From Cycas panzhihuaensis (taxonomy: Eukaryota > Plantae > Cycadophyta), in contig CM041465.1 of assembly GCA_023213395.1 (NCBI GenBank), positions 232,011,741 through 232,075,740 of the forward strand: a stretch of 64,000 nt of DNA, read 5' to 3'. Below are positions 1-15,130 of this stretch, piece after piece. The notes beneath the pieces were generated by a model. That model was given only the letters and a program-made list of their open reading frames with translations, had not been told where the DNA came from and ran no database searches. Made by a program: the position numbers and the translations under genes. Every line of letters starts with the position of its first letter. Position 1 is the stretch's first letter.

Positions 1-779
1 TAAATTAGAGGACTAGAAGGATGAGGCATAAGAACCACTCAATTTGGTTATATATAATGGTACTACTAATCCATTAATTTATTTAGACTATGTTTTATAA
101 TAAATATAGAATTAAGTATAATCTAGAGTTAGATTTGATACAACATTAGAGGTAGTTTTTGAAGGGGATTGCATTTAATTAGTGGCTAACATTTAGATCT
201 TCTTGGAAGATGTATATAGATGGTATTCAATGGTTTTGGTGGAGGTTCAATTTGTAGTAGCAATAATAGCTCGATTATCTTCATAAGTTTTAAGGGAAGA
301 TAAGTCTTGTGAAGCACATATAATGTTATAAACAAGCATGGTTGAGTACAAAAATATTGACAAAATACTAGCTTCATTTATTTCTAATTACCTTAGGTAA
401 GATCCCACATGCATGGTTTATCATCTTAGAAAGAAAAAGATAAATATCTAATTAAATAAAAGTAAAGAAGCAATTCAAGAGCATTGTTAAGAACCATATT
501 ACAAAACATAAGGAACTTCTCATTTGGCATAATAGGGATGATAATGGCCATGATCACAAAGGCATTATAAAAGGTGAAAGAGCCTTATTATAAGGAAATA
601 ATTATTAATGAATTAAATGATGATGGTATTCAACAATACTTTAAGCATATTCATAGTCCCATGGGAGCCATCAAGGAAGAATCGATACACCAAAATTTAA
701 ATTAATATGATAAGGTAGATCACCTTAAATCAATTAATCTTTGTACAAATGATGATCTTAAGAATAATTTTATAGTCGA

Positions 780-3385
780 AGGATGGACTAAGGATATCAT
801 GACTAAAGCAAATGACTTATTTAAAGAATTCTAAGATGATTTTGTAAGGATATACAAGGATTTAAAAGGAATTCCTACAAATATCAAATTAATAAGAATT
901 AAATTTTAGAATAAAGCACAACTAAATAGGCAAAAGCCTTATAGGCTAAAACCTAAATATAGAAAGAAGATCCAAGAAGAAGTTCAAAAGCTAGTTATTA
1001 TGGATTATATTTACTCAATGGAAAATACATAATCGGTAATCATGGTTATCATTGTAAAGAAGAAGAATAATGAATTTTATTAATTTTAAATCTTTAAACA
1101 AACTAACAAAGAAGGATCCATTCCTAATACCATCCATGGATCAAGTACTAGAAAATATAACAAGACAAGATTTTTTTTTTTACATGTGGATTTTTGGGGT
1201 ACAATCAAGTAAAAATCATAGAGGAAGACCAATATAAAATGATATTCATTATAGACTAAGTATTATATTCATGAGGATAATCACAATAGCTTTGAAGGAG
1301 TTTATTCATAAATTTATAAATGTTAACTTAAATGTTTAGGACTCATTCCATTGAAGGATTATATTACAAATATAAGATTAATATTATAGAAATGATATGA
1401 GGTTGGTATTTCTCTTAATTTAGGCAAGTGTTAATTTTTATTTCCTTTTAGCACATTATTAGGCCATGTCATCTATCAACAAGGATTACTAGTTGACTTA
1501 GGGAAAATCTAGGTTAACTTGGACTTGTAAGTATCTACAATTTCCAATATGGTTAAATAATTCCTTCAATACATGGGTTATCATTGGAAGTTTATATGGG
1601 GCTATGCTAAAATTATTACCCTACTAGAGATATTGCTATAAAAGGATGCCGAACTTATCTAGTCAAAGGAATTATTGCTAAGATGCATTCAATGTGGTAA
1701 GGAAGAAGTTGGTTAAGACTCTAATTCTAAAATTTCTTATTTGGTCAATAAATTTTCATGTTCGTGTTGATGATCTAAGTATATCCATTGTAGTAGTACT
1801 TATATAAACTATAAAGAGGTCAATTAAGCACTAGATGATATTTTCTAGTAGAAGACTTATGTATGCTAAGAATAATTATATAATGGTTGAATATGAAGAA
1901 GTTTTATTACTATCTACTAGCAAATTTCTTCAATTTTTATATTAACCATCAAGCACTCATGTATCTCATTAGTAAGCCCATTTTGCAAGGGAGAATTAAT
2001 AATGGATCTTGTTGTTCTATGAATTTAACTTTAAAATTTTTCTCAAATGTACCAAAGTGCATATCACTATGAGCCATTTATTAAGATTTAACTTAGGAGA
2101 AGAACTAGGTAGGGTTAATGATGATTTCCCTAATATAAAATTATATAAGGTAGAAGTAATTCCTAAGGATTTCTAACAAATCATTATTTTTTGTCAAATA
2201 GGATTGGCATCATTAATATGGTCAATAACAAGAGGAAGGTTTTAGCCTTGAAAAATAGTCATTATCAATGTATTATAAGATAACTTGATAAGCTTGGCCC
2301 AAATACAATTTTGATGAGGTGTTCTCTCAAGCATAGATGAACAATGGTATTAAGAGAATCTTGTAAGGGAATCATATATGATCATTTAGTAGGAAAAATC
2401 TTAGCCAAATAACTTCTTCAATCAAATTTAGGGTGGCCAATAGTATTCAAAGATTCATATATTTGGTCTTAAAAATGTGATATTTATAAGAAGATATGTT
2501 AACTAAGTAAAGTTGACCATTTTCTCCTAAATTTAATCATCTAGATGGCATCATGTACCAAATAGTAAATTGATTTTCCTAGACTCATTAGTTTCACAAT
2601 AATAATGTATGTTATGTTATCATTATAACTAACTACACAATCTCCTAGGTTGAAGCTCAAGTGATAAGAGACTATACAATCTAAATGAAAATACTTTTGT
2701 TATTATAATTAATCTTCATATATTTTTAATATATATTACAATTAGTAAGTGATAAAGGAACTTCAACCAGGCTATAAAGAACTCAATGGATAGTTTTGTG
2801 GTTTAAGACTATAAGAGCACTCCATATTATCCAAAATATAAAGGGTTAATAAATAGTTCCAATCAGATATTATATAGAGACCTCATGAGATTTGTAATGT
2901 TGATTCATTTGATTAAGTTAATAAATTTTATGTAGTATTTTGGGTATTTTAAATACATATAGAAATTTGATCAGGTAGACACCTTTTTAGCTTATTTGTG
3001 ACATCAAATCTTTAATGCTAGCTTAATTTATCATTCTTAATCTTCAAGCATCAATAATGCCAATGTAAGGTAATGTTTAGAAGATTGACACAATTGATCA
3101 AACTAGATGAAATAAGGATACATTCAAATTAGTAATAAAAGATTATCGAGGTCCACGACAAGGCCTAGCATGATATATATCTTAAGGTCAAAAAATTTAA
3201 GGAAGGTAATAATTCCTAGTTTATGATAATAAATTTAAAGGCAAACCAAGAAACTTAAAGACCCATTGATATGAACCATTTGTTTGGAAAAGATATGGGT
3301 GAATAGGTCAATAATGAAGACTTTAAATGAAAAGTCACCACTAAACAAGGTAAATGGTAGTCGATTGTGATTGTATAATGTATAA
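780..3385 (+). pseudogene. Degenerate Ty3/gypsy pol (RT, RNase H, integrase)
   Basis: Motif remnants in gypsy order: RQKPYRLKPKY (~928), KDPFLIP (~1112), GYNQV (~1197), LGHVI (~1459), integrase STPYYP (~2816), KVNGSRL (~3346). Many stops and frameshifts. Confidence 0.85.
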
Positions 3386-3651
3386 AATTAAAACAATATT
3401 AAAAATATAAATATTTAAAAAATAAAAGAATAAACTAAAAACCCCAAAAAATAACTTACCTTTCTTACAATTTTTATAGCTAATATATCACTATTAAGTC
3501 TAAGAGAAGGTCAACATCTTGGATATAATAAATTTTATTTTTGGTAACTTATGACTAATGCCAATGCTGAGATCCTTTTCAACATAGTTTCAAAGATACA
3601 TTAAACATCATGTCAAGTTGGAATATTATTAGAGCTATAACTAAAGATAAT

Positions 3652-3978
3652 TTTTATGAACCCAACAAGTTCAATAATGTTTCTTGTAGCTAAATATACA
3701 TAAAATTATATTTAAATAACAATTAAAAAAATAACAAAGAGAATGAATAGAACTAATGAGTACTGGTCATCTTCAAAGCAAGGGTTACTCTAGGAATCAC
3801 TATTACCTATAGTTGCCTCTAAATAATTAAAGATCTAATAAATAATCCACCATATCTATTCATCACTCCTCCATGAATTAAATACTCATGAATAGGTATT
3901 GCAACCCAAGGAATATATTATTTTGCTCAATGGGATATGTTGGTTCACTAGACAGAATGTGACTTTTGGTTCGTAACT
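3652..3978 (-). repeat. 3' LTR of element A
   Basis: Aligns with 15131-15461 (shared TTATGAACCCAA, ATCACTCCTCCATG, GTGACTTTT). PPT is adjacent. Confidence 0.85.
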
Positions 3979-6900
3979 AGTCCCTCCATTCAAAAGATGC
4001 TTTGCCCATAAAGTATTAAAATCTTTTTGGAGTTAAGATCATATAATAGTGATAACAATTTTAGTTTTTGTTATTTTCTCCCTATGAAGAGAGGAGGCTT
4101 CTTAGTTAGGTTGTGTGAGAGGTGCTTCCAATATATATTTCTTATCTTTGTTCCAAATTTTCATAAATAACTTTTCATAATTTATTACAATTAAACCTAA
4201 GATTCTTAACTATTATACTCCCAAAATTATATTAACCTCTTACTTGGATTATAAACATCAATGATTAAATAGTATAATTAGACATTACTCAGGAAACTTT
4301 AGGGCATATAACACATCATGGCAAAGATTTATTTCCTATAATGGATACTTGGAATTGATTAAGTGGTATGATCTAAAGTCCTAATCACTTAGTTTCCTAA
4401 TAATTAATAAACTTATGTATACTTCCACCATTAATTAAAGCTCATAAGGTCTAAGGAGAATTTAAAACCCCCTTTATAAAATACAAAGAGATTTCAACAT
4501 TAGAAGTTATATGTGAGTCTTTTAGAGTTGGATCCTTATTAATCTATTCTTTGTTATTGGCATAGTTCTTGATATCATTTTTTGATACCTTTTGATCACT
4601 TTCCATTATATATAGTTTCTTTTGAGTATTTTTAATGGGATATTTATGATCCTTGACCCATTTTTCATTGCATTTAAAATGAGTCCCTTTCTTAAGATGT
4701 TTAATCCTAGATGGGGTCAATGGTTCCCATTTGAATTGATGGTTGCATTCTAGGATTATTGGGTTCATACCCTATTTTGAGAAGAATTATGTTAAATTTG
4801 GCCTTAACACTCTTTACTTGTAACATTTCTTATCAGAGGCTTGCAACTCCTAAAGTTTTTAACTTGTAGTAGATATTTCCTGTAAGTCCTTCAATATATA
4901 TTTCTAATAGCAGTTGACCATCTAACTTGGTGGATAACATACTTTATAAATTTGGGATTTCCTTTGTATACTACTATACCATTCTAATTTACCAAAGCGA
5001 ATGAAATTTGAAGTAATAATCCTTATCCTAAATATCTTTATACTGCTCACATATTATAGAATTAAAGAATGTCTAATTGAATTATGGGGTATTTTCATAA
5101 TTCTTACACCACTAATTAAACAATTATAGTGCCTTATTATTCAAGTGTAAGGATAAGAACATAATTATTTCTTTTTTTGAACATAGGTAGACATTGAAAT
5201 AAGTTTAATTTTTTGATATCCATACCCATACATCTTAGCTTACGTCTAGATTTTTAAAAAATTCTAACTAAACCTTCATATATTTTAGGATTGAACCTTT
5301 AGTCCCCTTGAATTCTTTTGGTAGAGTTTCTTCCCTTTTAATAAATTATGAATATCTTAATATGTTTTCTTCCTTTTTTAGGTATAGGGCCTTAACCACA
5401 TCCTTTTTTAGATGAAACATGTCTAGAGTGAGTTTATTGACTAAATTTTGTAGCATTTTCACCAAATCCTATTGTGATATTACTGTGTATATAAACTGTT
5501 AGAGATCCTTGACTTAGTTAATGAGTTTATCCACCTATTATAACATGTTTTTATGAGGCAAAGAGGTGTTGTATTATGATACTCTACCATATGATGTTAC
5601 TCTTATTGTAATTATCTCACATGTATAAGTCTAAGAGATGGGCAACCTTAATAGCTCCGTATATATGTATGTAATGTATGAATAGAATCATCATTGAGTA
5701 TTTTTAATCGTATGTTAATAAATATTCTTTGGAACTTTATCTTCTTCTTTGTCTTTTGTCTATCATTTTCTCTTTCTCTTTCTATGTTTATTAATTATAG
5801 GATTAGGTCCATAATAATTGGTATCAAAGTAGCAATTTGAGAGGTGTTGTCAAGGGTTTTAAAGGTATATTCAAGAGTATAAACATTAAAATTTCTAAAA
5901 AATAATGGAAAATTTAATACAAAATAACTCATCCTATAAATTTTGAGTGGTTGTATTATAGATTTTGCAGTGAAAGTATGAAAATTAGAGTAGATTTATT
6001 TTAGTCTACTTTTTTATCATCATATTTCTGGGATACATCTACTACCTCAACTTCAAAGAGCCATAACTTTAGCTATAAATATCCAAATGATTTTTTTTTT
6101 TTTTACTTTCTAATAGAAGTAGTTTAAAGTTAATTAGAGTTTGGAGTAAAAAGTTATAGCCATTTTACCAACAAGTACTATTATAATCCCTAAAAACCCT
6201 AGTAGTGAATTTATTTAAAAGGTTATAACTTTTGATCTAAATATCAAAATTTGATTTTGTCTTAATCATTGGAATCATATTTTAGAGGCCATTATTTTAA
6301 TCCATATTTATATATACTTTTTAGCTATATTTTTTTTCGAGATTATTTTTTTTTAATTTAAGGGTTTTATATTATACTTTTCTTGGTCGTTAGACTTTAG
6401 TTATAAAACCATTGCTCATGAGGATTGATATATATTTTTATATCAAAATTAGGGGATAGCAGGCTATAAACACCTTTAATCTCTCCTACACTTATATTAT
6501 TATGGTTATAGAAAGGCCCATGTTACGTATGTTTAATTCAGATGGGACTTTTTCCATAAAAGTTTAGGTTGAAGATATTAATGCATATTTAAAATCACTT
6601 AATAATGCCTACATGATCAATAAAGATATGACTTAAGTAGCCTTATTACATTTCCAAGGAGAGGCTTATCTTTGGTATAAGAAGTAGTATAAATCTAGTC
6701 CATTCCCTACATTTTACTTTCTAGAATTAGTTATTTGTAACAAATATGATACTTTTTGGTGGCAAGAAATACAAAACCTTAAGCAAGATAAATAGAAAAC
6801 TCACTAAATACTTGAAAGGTTTAATTGCAATGTGGGACAAGGAATTCTCCCCACTCCATAAAGTTAAGAATAATATAAGAATGATGAGGGAGAAACTAAA

Positions 6901-7699
6901 TATTAGGAGCAAGTAGAAAAATAGTTTACCACCCCACACCACCTATTATACCTAAGGACAAGGGAGAAAAGGTATCACGAATGGTTAAAAGCCAAACTAA
7001 AGTGGGATCATATCAACATCCACATTATTAAGAGCCTCAACATAATAAAATTTATTAAGATAAACTCTCAACAATTCTATACACAAGCCAAGCACAACAT
7101 TCGAGCTTAAGGTTTAAACATTACAAATATCTAGAGTGTATTAGAGGACATCTAAGGTGTATCAAAATTAACTTTAGATGGATAGATCTCCATTCCATAT
7201 ACAACTTTTCTAATGACCTTCATAAGAGCTATCGATTGAATAATAGTAATAGGAGGTAGTCACGTGTATCACTATATCAGGATGCTTCAAGGGTGAAGCA
7301 TTTTAGAGGGGAGGGCAGATTATGATCCTCTATTACACGAGGTTACTCTTATTATAATTATCCCACATGCATAAGTCTAAGAGATGGGTAGTGTCAATAG
7401 CCTTATATATATATATATATGTATGTAATGTATGAATAGGATCATCATTGAGCATTTGTAATCTTATGTCAATGAATGATCTTTGAACTTCTTTTTTTTT
7501 AATTAGGTAAAATAATAGAAGGGGTTTAAATAGGGCCCTAATCCTTTACACTAGTTATCTTTTGGTTAACAAAATAGCCATGAAAAGCCTATGGCCTAGC
7601 TTCACTCACCCTCTAAGACCATACTAACCCACCCTACCATGACAAGCCTAGTGGCTAGCTTAGATATTGCACACGAGGCATATCTTCTTTAATTAGTCT

Positions 7700-10600
7700 T
7701 ATAATCTCTTTAGGAAATTCCTCTCTCCAAATCTAGGATCTCTTATGGCTTAACCCCCAATTGGCCAACTTATTAGCTACTCCATTTTCCTCTTTGTAGG
7801 TATGTCTCACTTGTACATTCTCCCATCTCTTTAGGGCTTCCTGCATATCTGTGATTAATGCAATAGCTTTCTAATCGAGATCAACCTCATCTTTAAGCAT
7901 ATTAATAATATTTAAGGAATCCCCTTTAATAATTAGCTTTTCACAGCCTTCCATTACTGCCATATCCATCGCCCTCTACCTGGTTACCATTTCAGCTCTA
8001 TGGTTTATTTGTTGCCCATAATATTCTATAAAATCCCACTTAACTTCCTCTTTTGAATTTCTATAGATACCCCCTCCTCCAGCCTCCTTAAGGTTTTCTT
8101 TAGATGCTCCATCAAAATATATTTTCACCTAGGTCTCTAAAGGGAGAAGCCATAAATATTCTCTTCTTGGTCCTATCAATATTCTAGGCCTTACCCCTTA
8201 TTTCTCTAATATAGCACCTTTCGAATTAGGGATAAATTTGTCATCTCTAGATTTAGTATTCTCCTCAATCCCTGCCCAAATGATCCCAAAGATCTTATTT
8301 ATATCTATCTGCCTTTCTTGAAAAATCTTCCTATTTCTCTCCTTCCACATCGTTAGTGGCAAGGATATTTACCATATATGAGTCAAAGTTCTGTTATTGA
8401 AGGCACTAGTCTAGGCCAGTAGTTGATCTTTACGAGTTTTAGAGGCCACCCATTATGCATCAAATTGGGCCCACATTAGCTTCCATACATTCTTGGAATA
8501 TGAACAATAAAGAAGGATGTGTTCCATCGACTCCTCATCCTCTCGATAAAGAACACACTTGTTCACCATCGCAAATCCCCTCTTCCTTAAGTTATCCACC
8601 ATTAAGAATTTTTTTTCTTCAAACACAACCACCAAAACACTAAAATTTTAGGGATTAGCCCCAGTTTCCATACACCATCGAATATGGGGTTCTTTTGGTC
8701 TCCCCTTTGTTGGCAAATGAACAGGTATCCTTATTTTGCCAAGTAGTCCCTAAAATGGGATGAGGGCCAAAACCATTGAGTCTGCCTCCACTTTCTTAGG
8801 AATATAACACTAGGCAATCTCCTTTCTCAAGGCTTCTATATGTTCCTGATTAATATTCTCCCCTTGGAGCTCATCAAAATCTCTCCAGCTTTTGACGTTT
8901 TCTTGGGTTACCCAATAGACCTTTACCTTTGTATTATAGATCCTCTCACAGGGGGCCTATAGAGGGCCTAAGTTGGGTCATCTATTTAACTGCACATCAC
9001 CACACCTCACATCCTTCTAAAAATTTATGGTATTTCCATCCCCCAACCCCCACTATACTTCTACACGTATGTATCGAGATAGAAGCACACTTCTCCAAAT
9101 TGGAGATCCAGAGGAAACTAAAGAGTTGTTATTTAAAAATTGCCTCCCTTGGAGATACTTTTGGGACATGATTCTATCCTACAAACTACGTTCTTTCTTT
9201 TCCAATCACCACTCTAGTTTTACCATTAGGGCATTGTTAAAAAGAGATAATCTTTAGAGATTAAGTCAGCCTGCCTATTTAGGGAGGTAGACTTTCTCCC
9301 AACCCACCAAATGAATTCTATCCTTTTCCTCCACCCTAGACTAAAGAAACCTTTTTTGAATGGATTCTAGTATTAACATAACTTTGAATGGGATCTTAAA
9401 AATAGACATCATGTAGACTAAGATACTCTAAAGAGAGGTAATAACTAATCGAACCTTACCAGCCTAGCTTAAAAGAGATCCTTTCCATCCAATCAACTTC
9501 TTCTAAATCCTATCAATTATAGGGTTCCACATCTCCTTAGATATCTTCTTGATAAAAAGGGACATGCCATGATAAGTAGTAAGAAGTTTTTGAATAGGCA
9601 TATCCAAAATTTTACTTATCTTCCTCTGGACCATCTCCTTGTTATTCATAAAGAAAATGTTACTTTTATTCAAGTTAATCTTCTGATTAGTAGCTTTCTC
9701 AAACTTTTTTAGGCCCTCCTTGAACATCCTCACTTCCCTTAGAGTTACCTTACCAAGAAATATATTATCATCAATGAATTGATGATGTCTTATATTATTA
9801 ATACCAGAGGTAGGCTTAATCCCTAAAACCAGGCCCAGTCTCCTAGCCTTCTCCATTACCCTTCCTAACGTCTCTGCCAAGATTATAGAAGGATAGAAGG
9901 AGATGGGGTCTCCTTACCTCAGCCCTCTGGATCCTTGAAAAAAGCTTATTAAAATGCCATTTATGAGGACTAAGTATTGTGGTTTAGTTATGCATAACTC
10001 CATCTAATCTCTTTACCTTTCTTTAAATCCAAAAGCTTTTAAGCATTCTAGTAAGCAATCCCAAGATACTTTATCATAGGCTTTAGATAAATCTATCTTT
10101 ACGATCATACTAGGTTTTTTCCTATGATGAGTGAAGTGGACTATTTCATGGACTATAATAATGCCATATATAATTTACCTTCCTTTCACAAAACCATCTT
10201 AGTTAGGGGAGATAATCCTAGGAAGGATCCTCTTAAGTTTGCTTGTTAGGACTTTGGTTAGAATCTTATATTTCACATTGTACAAACTAATAGGATGGAA
10301 GTCCTCCATTCTCCTCACCCCATCCTTCTTCAAAATCAACACAAGAGAAGGTGGGATGCCATTCCCTTAGCATCTTTCGATTCTCATAAAATTCTCTAAT
10401 TGCATTTATTAAGTCCTCCTTGATTATATCCTAGAATTCTTGAAAAAATCTTGGGGAAAATCCATCTGATCCTACCGCCTTCTCCTTCTTCATGCCAAAT
10501 ACTACCTTTTTAACCTCCTCTATGGTGAAGGGGGCTTCTAGCATTCTAATCTACTCCTTGCCTAATAATTTAGGAATTACATTCATAAACTCCTTTATGA

Positions 10601-11854
10601 TTTCCTCATCCCAACATCCCAGCTATGTAACTACCTCCTTAAAATAATCTATCACTATGTTTTTTATTTCCTCCCCTTCATTGACTTCTTGTCTTTCTCT
10701 ATTATATAACTTACTTATTTTATTACTAGACCTACATTTCATAGACATCATATGAAAGAACTTATTATTTCTATCCCCATTCACCAACCAAAGTGCCCTA
10801 GAATTTTGCCTCCAATGGATCTCTTCCTTGGTTAAAATTTCTTCTATTTTTTTTATGAGATTTCTGTATGTCTGGTCCAACATCTAGGACCTTCCTTCCT
10901 TCTGAATCCTTATCTAAATAACCATCAACTCCCTATATATTTGATTCTTTGCTTCAAAGATGTTTCCATGGCTCTTCTTATTTGATTGTTTCACTTTTCA
11001 TTTTACCCAGTCCAATTTCTTCAAAAAATATATATCAAATAACCTACTACTAGGAACTTCCACCATTCCTTGATTAGATCCCTAAGATTTAGATGTCTTA
11101 TCCACATCATTTCAAACCTAAATGAGGTACCCATATGCTTTTTAGTAATAAAGGAGTCAAACAACAATGGTGAATGATCTGACATCATCTTCAGAAGAGC
11201 TTCCAGCTTGATGTCATTATAGACACTGGCCCATGTATAATTGATCGGCATCTAATCTAGTCTCACCTGAATATGATGGTTCCTAAGTCTCTTATTTGTC
11301 TAGGTATATTTAGCCCCTCTGAGAGGGACATCCATTAGTCTCCCTTTCTACAAAAAGGAACCCAAATCCAACATGTTATTTGACCACCCCTCCTCACCTC
11401 TTTTTTTCTTCCCAGGGGATAAGGTGATGTTAAAATCTCCTACCACAAATAAAGGCCCCTCCCAGTCTTTATGCTCTTTTAAAATTTTGTCTTATAGAAA
11501 TTTCATGCCTTCTACTTAAGTTGGGGCATATATATTAATGGCTAACCATCTTAAATTAGTCCTTCTAAAGGTAAACCAGATAGAGATAAAGTGTTCCCTT
11601 ATCCAAAAGGTCTCTCCCTACCAATTCTTTAGATTCCATATAATTGCCAAACCTCTTGAGCCTTGGGGCCCATCCAATGCTATCATTTATACTTTTCTCC
11701 ATATCTTATCTTTCATCGAAGCTCTATTCTCCTTAATCAACTTAGTTTCCTATAAGAATAAAATATCTGGTTCTATTCTCATATGAAGGTCCTTCACCAC
11801 TCTCTACTTGAAGGGGGCATTTATCCCCCTGATGTTCCACGAAACAATCCTTAT
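7700..11854 (-). pseudogene. LINE ORF2 remnant: AP endonuclease, RT, zf-RVT, RNase H
   Basis: RIVSWNIRG (~11850), SDHSPL and FRFEMMW (ORF 11021-11251), WRQNSR..WLVNGDRNNKFFH (10623-10883), HHQFIDD RT motif (9503-9880), CVLY..ESMEHILLYC (8453-8635), KIYFDGAS RNase H (~8105-8128). Confidence 0.92.
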
Positions 11855-11859
11855 CTTTT

Positions 11860-13700
11860 CCTCTTAGTCCTCTAGCTCCCCCATCCTTCTTCTTTTTGAA
11901 GCTCTTGGGCTTCATCTCTAATCCTTAATCTTAGACCCTCAGTTCCTCCTTCCTTTAGCCTTGATCAATTTGTGAGGCTGCCTCCCTCTCCCTTATCATC
12001 TTCAGAGTTGGTCTTCCCACTCTTTTATCAATCCCCACGTTAGGGCCTCTACACAACCTAGTTGCTCCTCCTAAGGGTCCTTCTCTTTAATTTTCCAAAT
12101 CCTCTCAACATCCCTAGAGCCTCTTGTCTCCCTTCGGTACTGATCCCCTCCTCTGGCCTAACTTGATCCTCTTATGGGATATCCTCTCCTTTTGCTAACC
12201 TCTTACCCTTTTAAAGATCCTCCCCTCTCTCAAAGAAGGTATCTTCGACTTCCAAATTAAAATTAAAACCAATCTTCCTTGTCTTAGTTTCCCCTTAGGA
12301 GTAAGTATGTTCCTCTGGGTCCTGAAGTGTTTATGACTTGTTTCTATTTGCCTCTTGAGATTTGCCTTCCTTGTGCTCCCCCACATCATCTTTCCTTTCC
12401 CTTAAGTATTTTTGTGGTAAATGGCTAAGTCTTCTATAAATAAAACACCTAATATTTTCCACTTCATAAATCAGAGGTTGTTCCTTACTCCATTCACCAA
12501 TTTCAATCTTCACACTATCTGGGAGTGATTTGTCTAATCTAGCCAACACATAAAATTTGGCATTGACTAATCTGCTCTTGCTCTTATAATAGAGTCAATG
12601 GCCAATAAAGGTCCAATGACTTTTGCCACCCCCTTTATTACCTCTAAGTCCCATACTTGAAGGGACAAACCCAACATCTGAACTCCAATTGGGGCTTACC
12701 TTATCACTACTACCATTGGATCGAAGTTAGGATGCCATTTTTCTAAAAATAAAGCCTTTATATTGATCATCCAAGGAGATTTCAGTAGAATCTTCATAAT
12801 ACCCTCTTAATTAGTATATTTGAACATCACAGACCCCCTAGGTAGGGTTATAACTTTAATTAGGTTCCTTAATTTCCATCTGTTTCTAATCCAACTTCTT
12901 ATTACATTTACACTAGGTGTGGGTCTTGAAAATCTGCCTACTAGGCTATTCTCTCAATATTCTATCTAGGAGCTTTTTAGGTATAGGTATTCTTATTGTC
13001 TTGTCTTGAGAGATACTAGTTATGTCACATGGGTCAGGGTCTTCATTTCTTAAGACATCTAAGTAAGATCTTTATGAAGATATAACACAAGTCTGGTTTT
13101 GAGATATAAACTCCATTACAAAATTAAAACATTATCAAGACATACCAAAGCAATCAACTAATCAACCCATATCACATCTATTACTACCACATATGATAGA
13201 AGTCTCATCCAGAGAAAGAAAAGGGTGGTTGGGGTCCTCTTCTCAACTTTTTGCGTAGCTAGTTGGACCAAGGTCTTCTATTAACTTTGGTCTATTAAAG
13301 ATCCTTTAGTTTTACTTTCTGCTCAGATATGAAATTATAGACCTCACATTTTTATCCTTCACTTTTCAACATTCTTTAAGAACAACCTACATAATCTCTC
13401 CTCCCTCTATCTCTTTGTATGTCAAAGCAATCTCTAAGGGAAGGTCCTTCTATTTGTGTATGAATTCATGATTTAGATTTGGTAGATATTCATAATCCTC
13501 CTTGGGCACAATGAGCACTCAATCTCTATATCTACATCTTTCCTCCACCTATAGGCAGACATCTCCTATTTTCTGCCTAACCTGTTTGCCCTTAAGACTA
13601 CTCCATCTCCATCTGTGAGATTAGATATCCTTAACCTCACTTCAAGCCTTCAACGTTGCCTTCTCATGGATGCTTCCTCTATTTTGCTAAATCAAGTAAA
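11860..13700 (-). pseudogene. LINE ORF1 remnant (DUF4283-like region plus decayed zinc knuckle)
   Basis: SPWMIN..LFLEKWHPNFDP (~12715-12785) and EQPLIYE...CFIYRRLSH (ORF 12331-12549). Upstream limit approximate. Confidence 0.75.
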
Positions 13701-15130
13701 GCACCTTATGAAGAGTCCTCACATCTCTCTCTATCCATCTAGAAGGTGAGACTGCCTTCCCATGCCTATCTGGTATGCCTTTGACTCCTCCCAAGATTAC
13801 TAGTAAATTCGTCCTGTGAAACCCTGGCAGAGTCATATCTTCAAACAGTTAACATGACCAAGATCATTAAGTATAATGATCTTTAGAACTTCATCTCCTT
13901 CTTTGTCTTTAGCTTATCATTTTCTCTTTCTCTTTCTCTATGTTTATTAATTACAAGATTAGGTCTATAACATGTTGTATGCTTTTTTAAGGGGAGTTTT
14001 CCCTTATTTTTATATAGTTATTTTTAAGTAGAGCTTTAGAGCATCCTTATCTCAATAATTTTACCTATTAAATTATATGCTAGAGTGAAGATTATAAAAA
14101 ATCACATAGAATTAAGAAAAGAAACTTTAAAATTAGATACTAAATGATTAAACTTTAATCATTAGAAGTTAGGTATCTAAATCTTACAAAACTTTAAAAC
14201 TTTCCTTTAATCAATTTTTAAGAGTGAATACTTAGATGATTTAGCACTAAAATATGTCGTATGGATGCTTGTTTTGAAGATAATTGAATGTAAACCACAA
14301 TGAAGTAGACAACACTAGAATTTAGATTCTTAATAGAAAGTTATCAGAGTTTATATATAGAGAAGTGCAAACATTCTGATGAAGACTAAAAAAATATCTT
14401 GAGCTCCTTCAAAATGCTGCTATTAGTCAAATGTGATTTTTCATATGACTTTGGTCTATGCTTAAGGAGTGAATTTATATATTTATGTGATCAAGTTTAA
14501 TATCCATTTGTACTATAGGAAATGAAAACTTTTAAGAGTAATATATGATTTTGGGTACCGATGATGTTATGCTTAACCAAACAATTATGACCTTTATCTC
14601 AATACGTTTTCAGTGAAATTTTGCTTCATGTCATGTCATTCAAATAATATATAACTATCACATATGAGTATAATAAGATTTTATATGCCAATTAAAATGT
14701 TATGACCTTATAAAGCACCATAATATAATAGGAACATCCTTCCTTTTATCATAATTTATCATAATCAAATGGTTTTATTTGAGATAGAGCTACTAAGTTT
14801 TAGGTGGGTCTATGTCCTACAATTTACCCATAATAGCCCAATGATCCTACACTATGATAATTACTATAGTAAAGCTCCATATAGATCTCTGAAAAAAAAT
14901 GCCCAATATAATTTGAGTTCGAGATAAGTCTCTAATGGTTGTGATGAGATCCTAAATTACCCAATATGAATTAGGATCTGTGATAGTGACAAAGTAGATT
15001 GTTAAGAGGATGGAAAATAAATTAAAAAATATAATTAGTAGCTAACAAAGGTAAATGGAAAGTGAGAGACATGAGTATGAAGTCATTTAGGTTATTGAGT
15101 TCTCTGAAATCAAGTGGCTCTAATACCATT

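Larger units (their letters stand above)
7492..13874 (-). mobile_element. Full-length degenerate L1-clade LINE inserted in the 3' LTR of M
   Basis: Poly(T) at 7492-7500 is the poly(A) tail. 17-18 bp TSD AATGATCTTT(A)GAACTTC at 7475-7491 and 13875-13892. ORF1 and ORF2 remnants lie on the minus strand. Confidence 0.93.
5572..13972 (+). mobile_element. Short non-autonomous LTR element M (~2 kb without the LINE) with a gypsy gag remnant
   Basis: 5' LTR 5572-5816. PBS TGGTATCAAAGT at 5819-5830. Gag-like VALLHFQGEAYLWY at ~6637-6680. PPT AGAGGGGAGGG at 7305-7315. 3' LTR split into 7317-7491 and 13893-13972. Perfect TSD TGTTG at 5567-5571 and 13973-13977. Confidence 0.9.
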
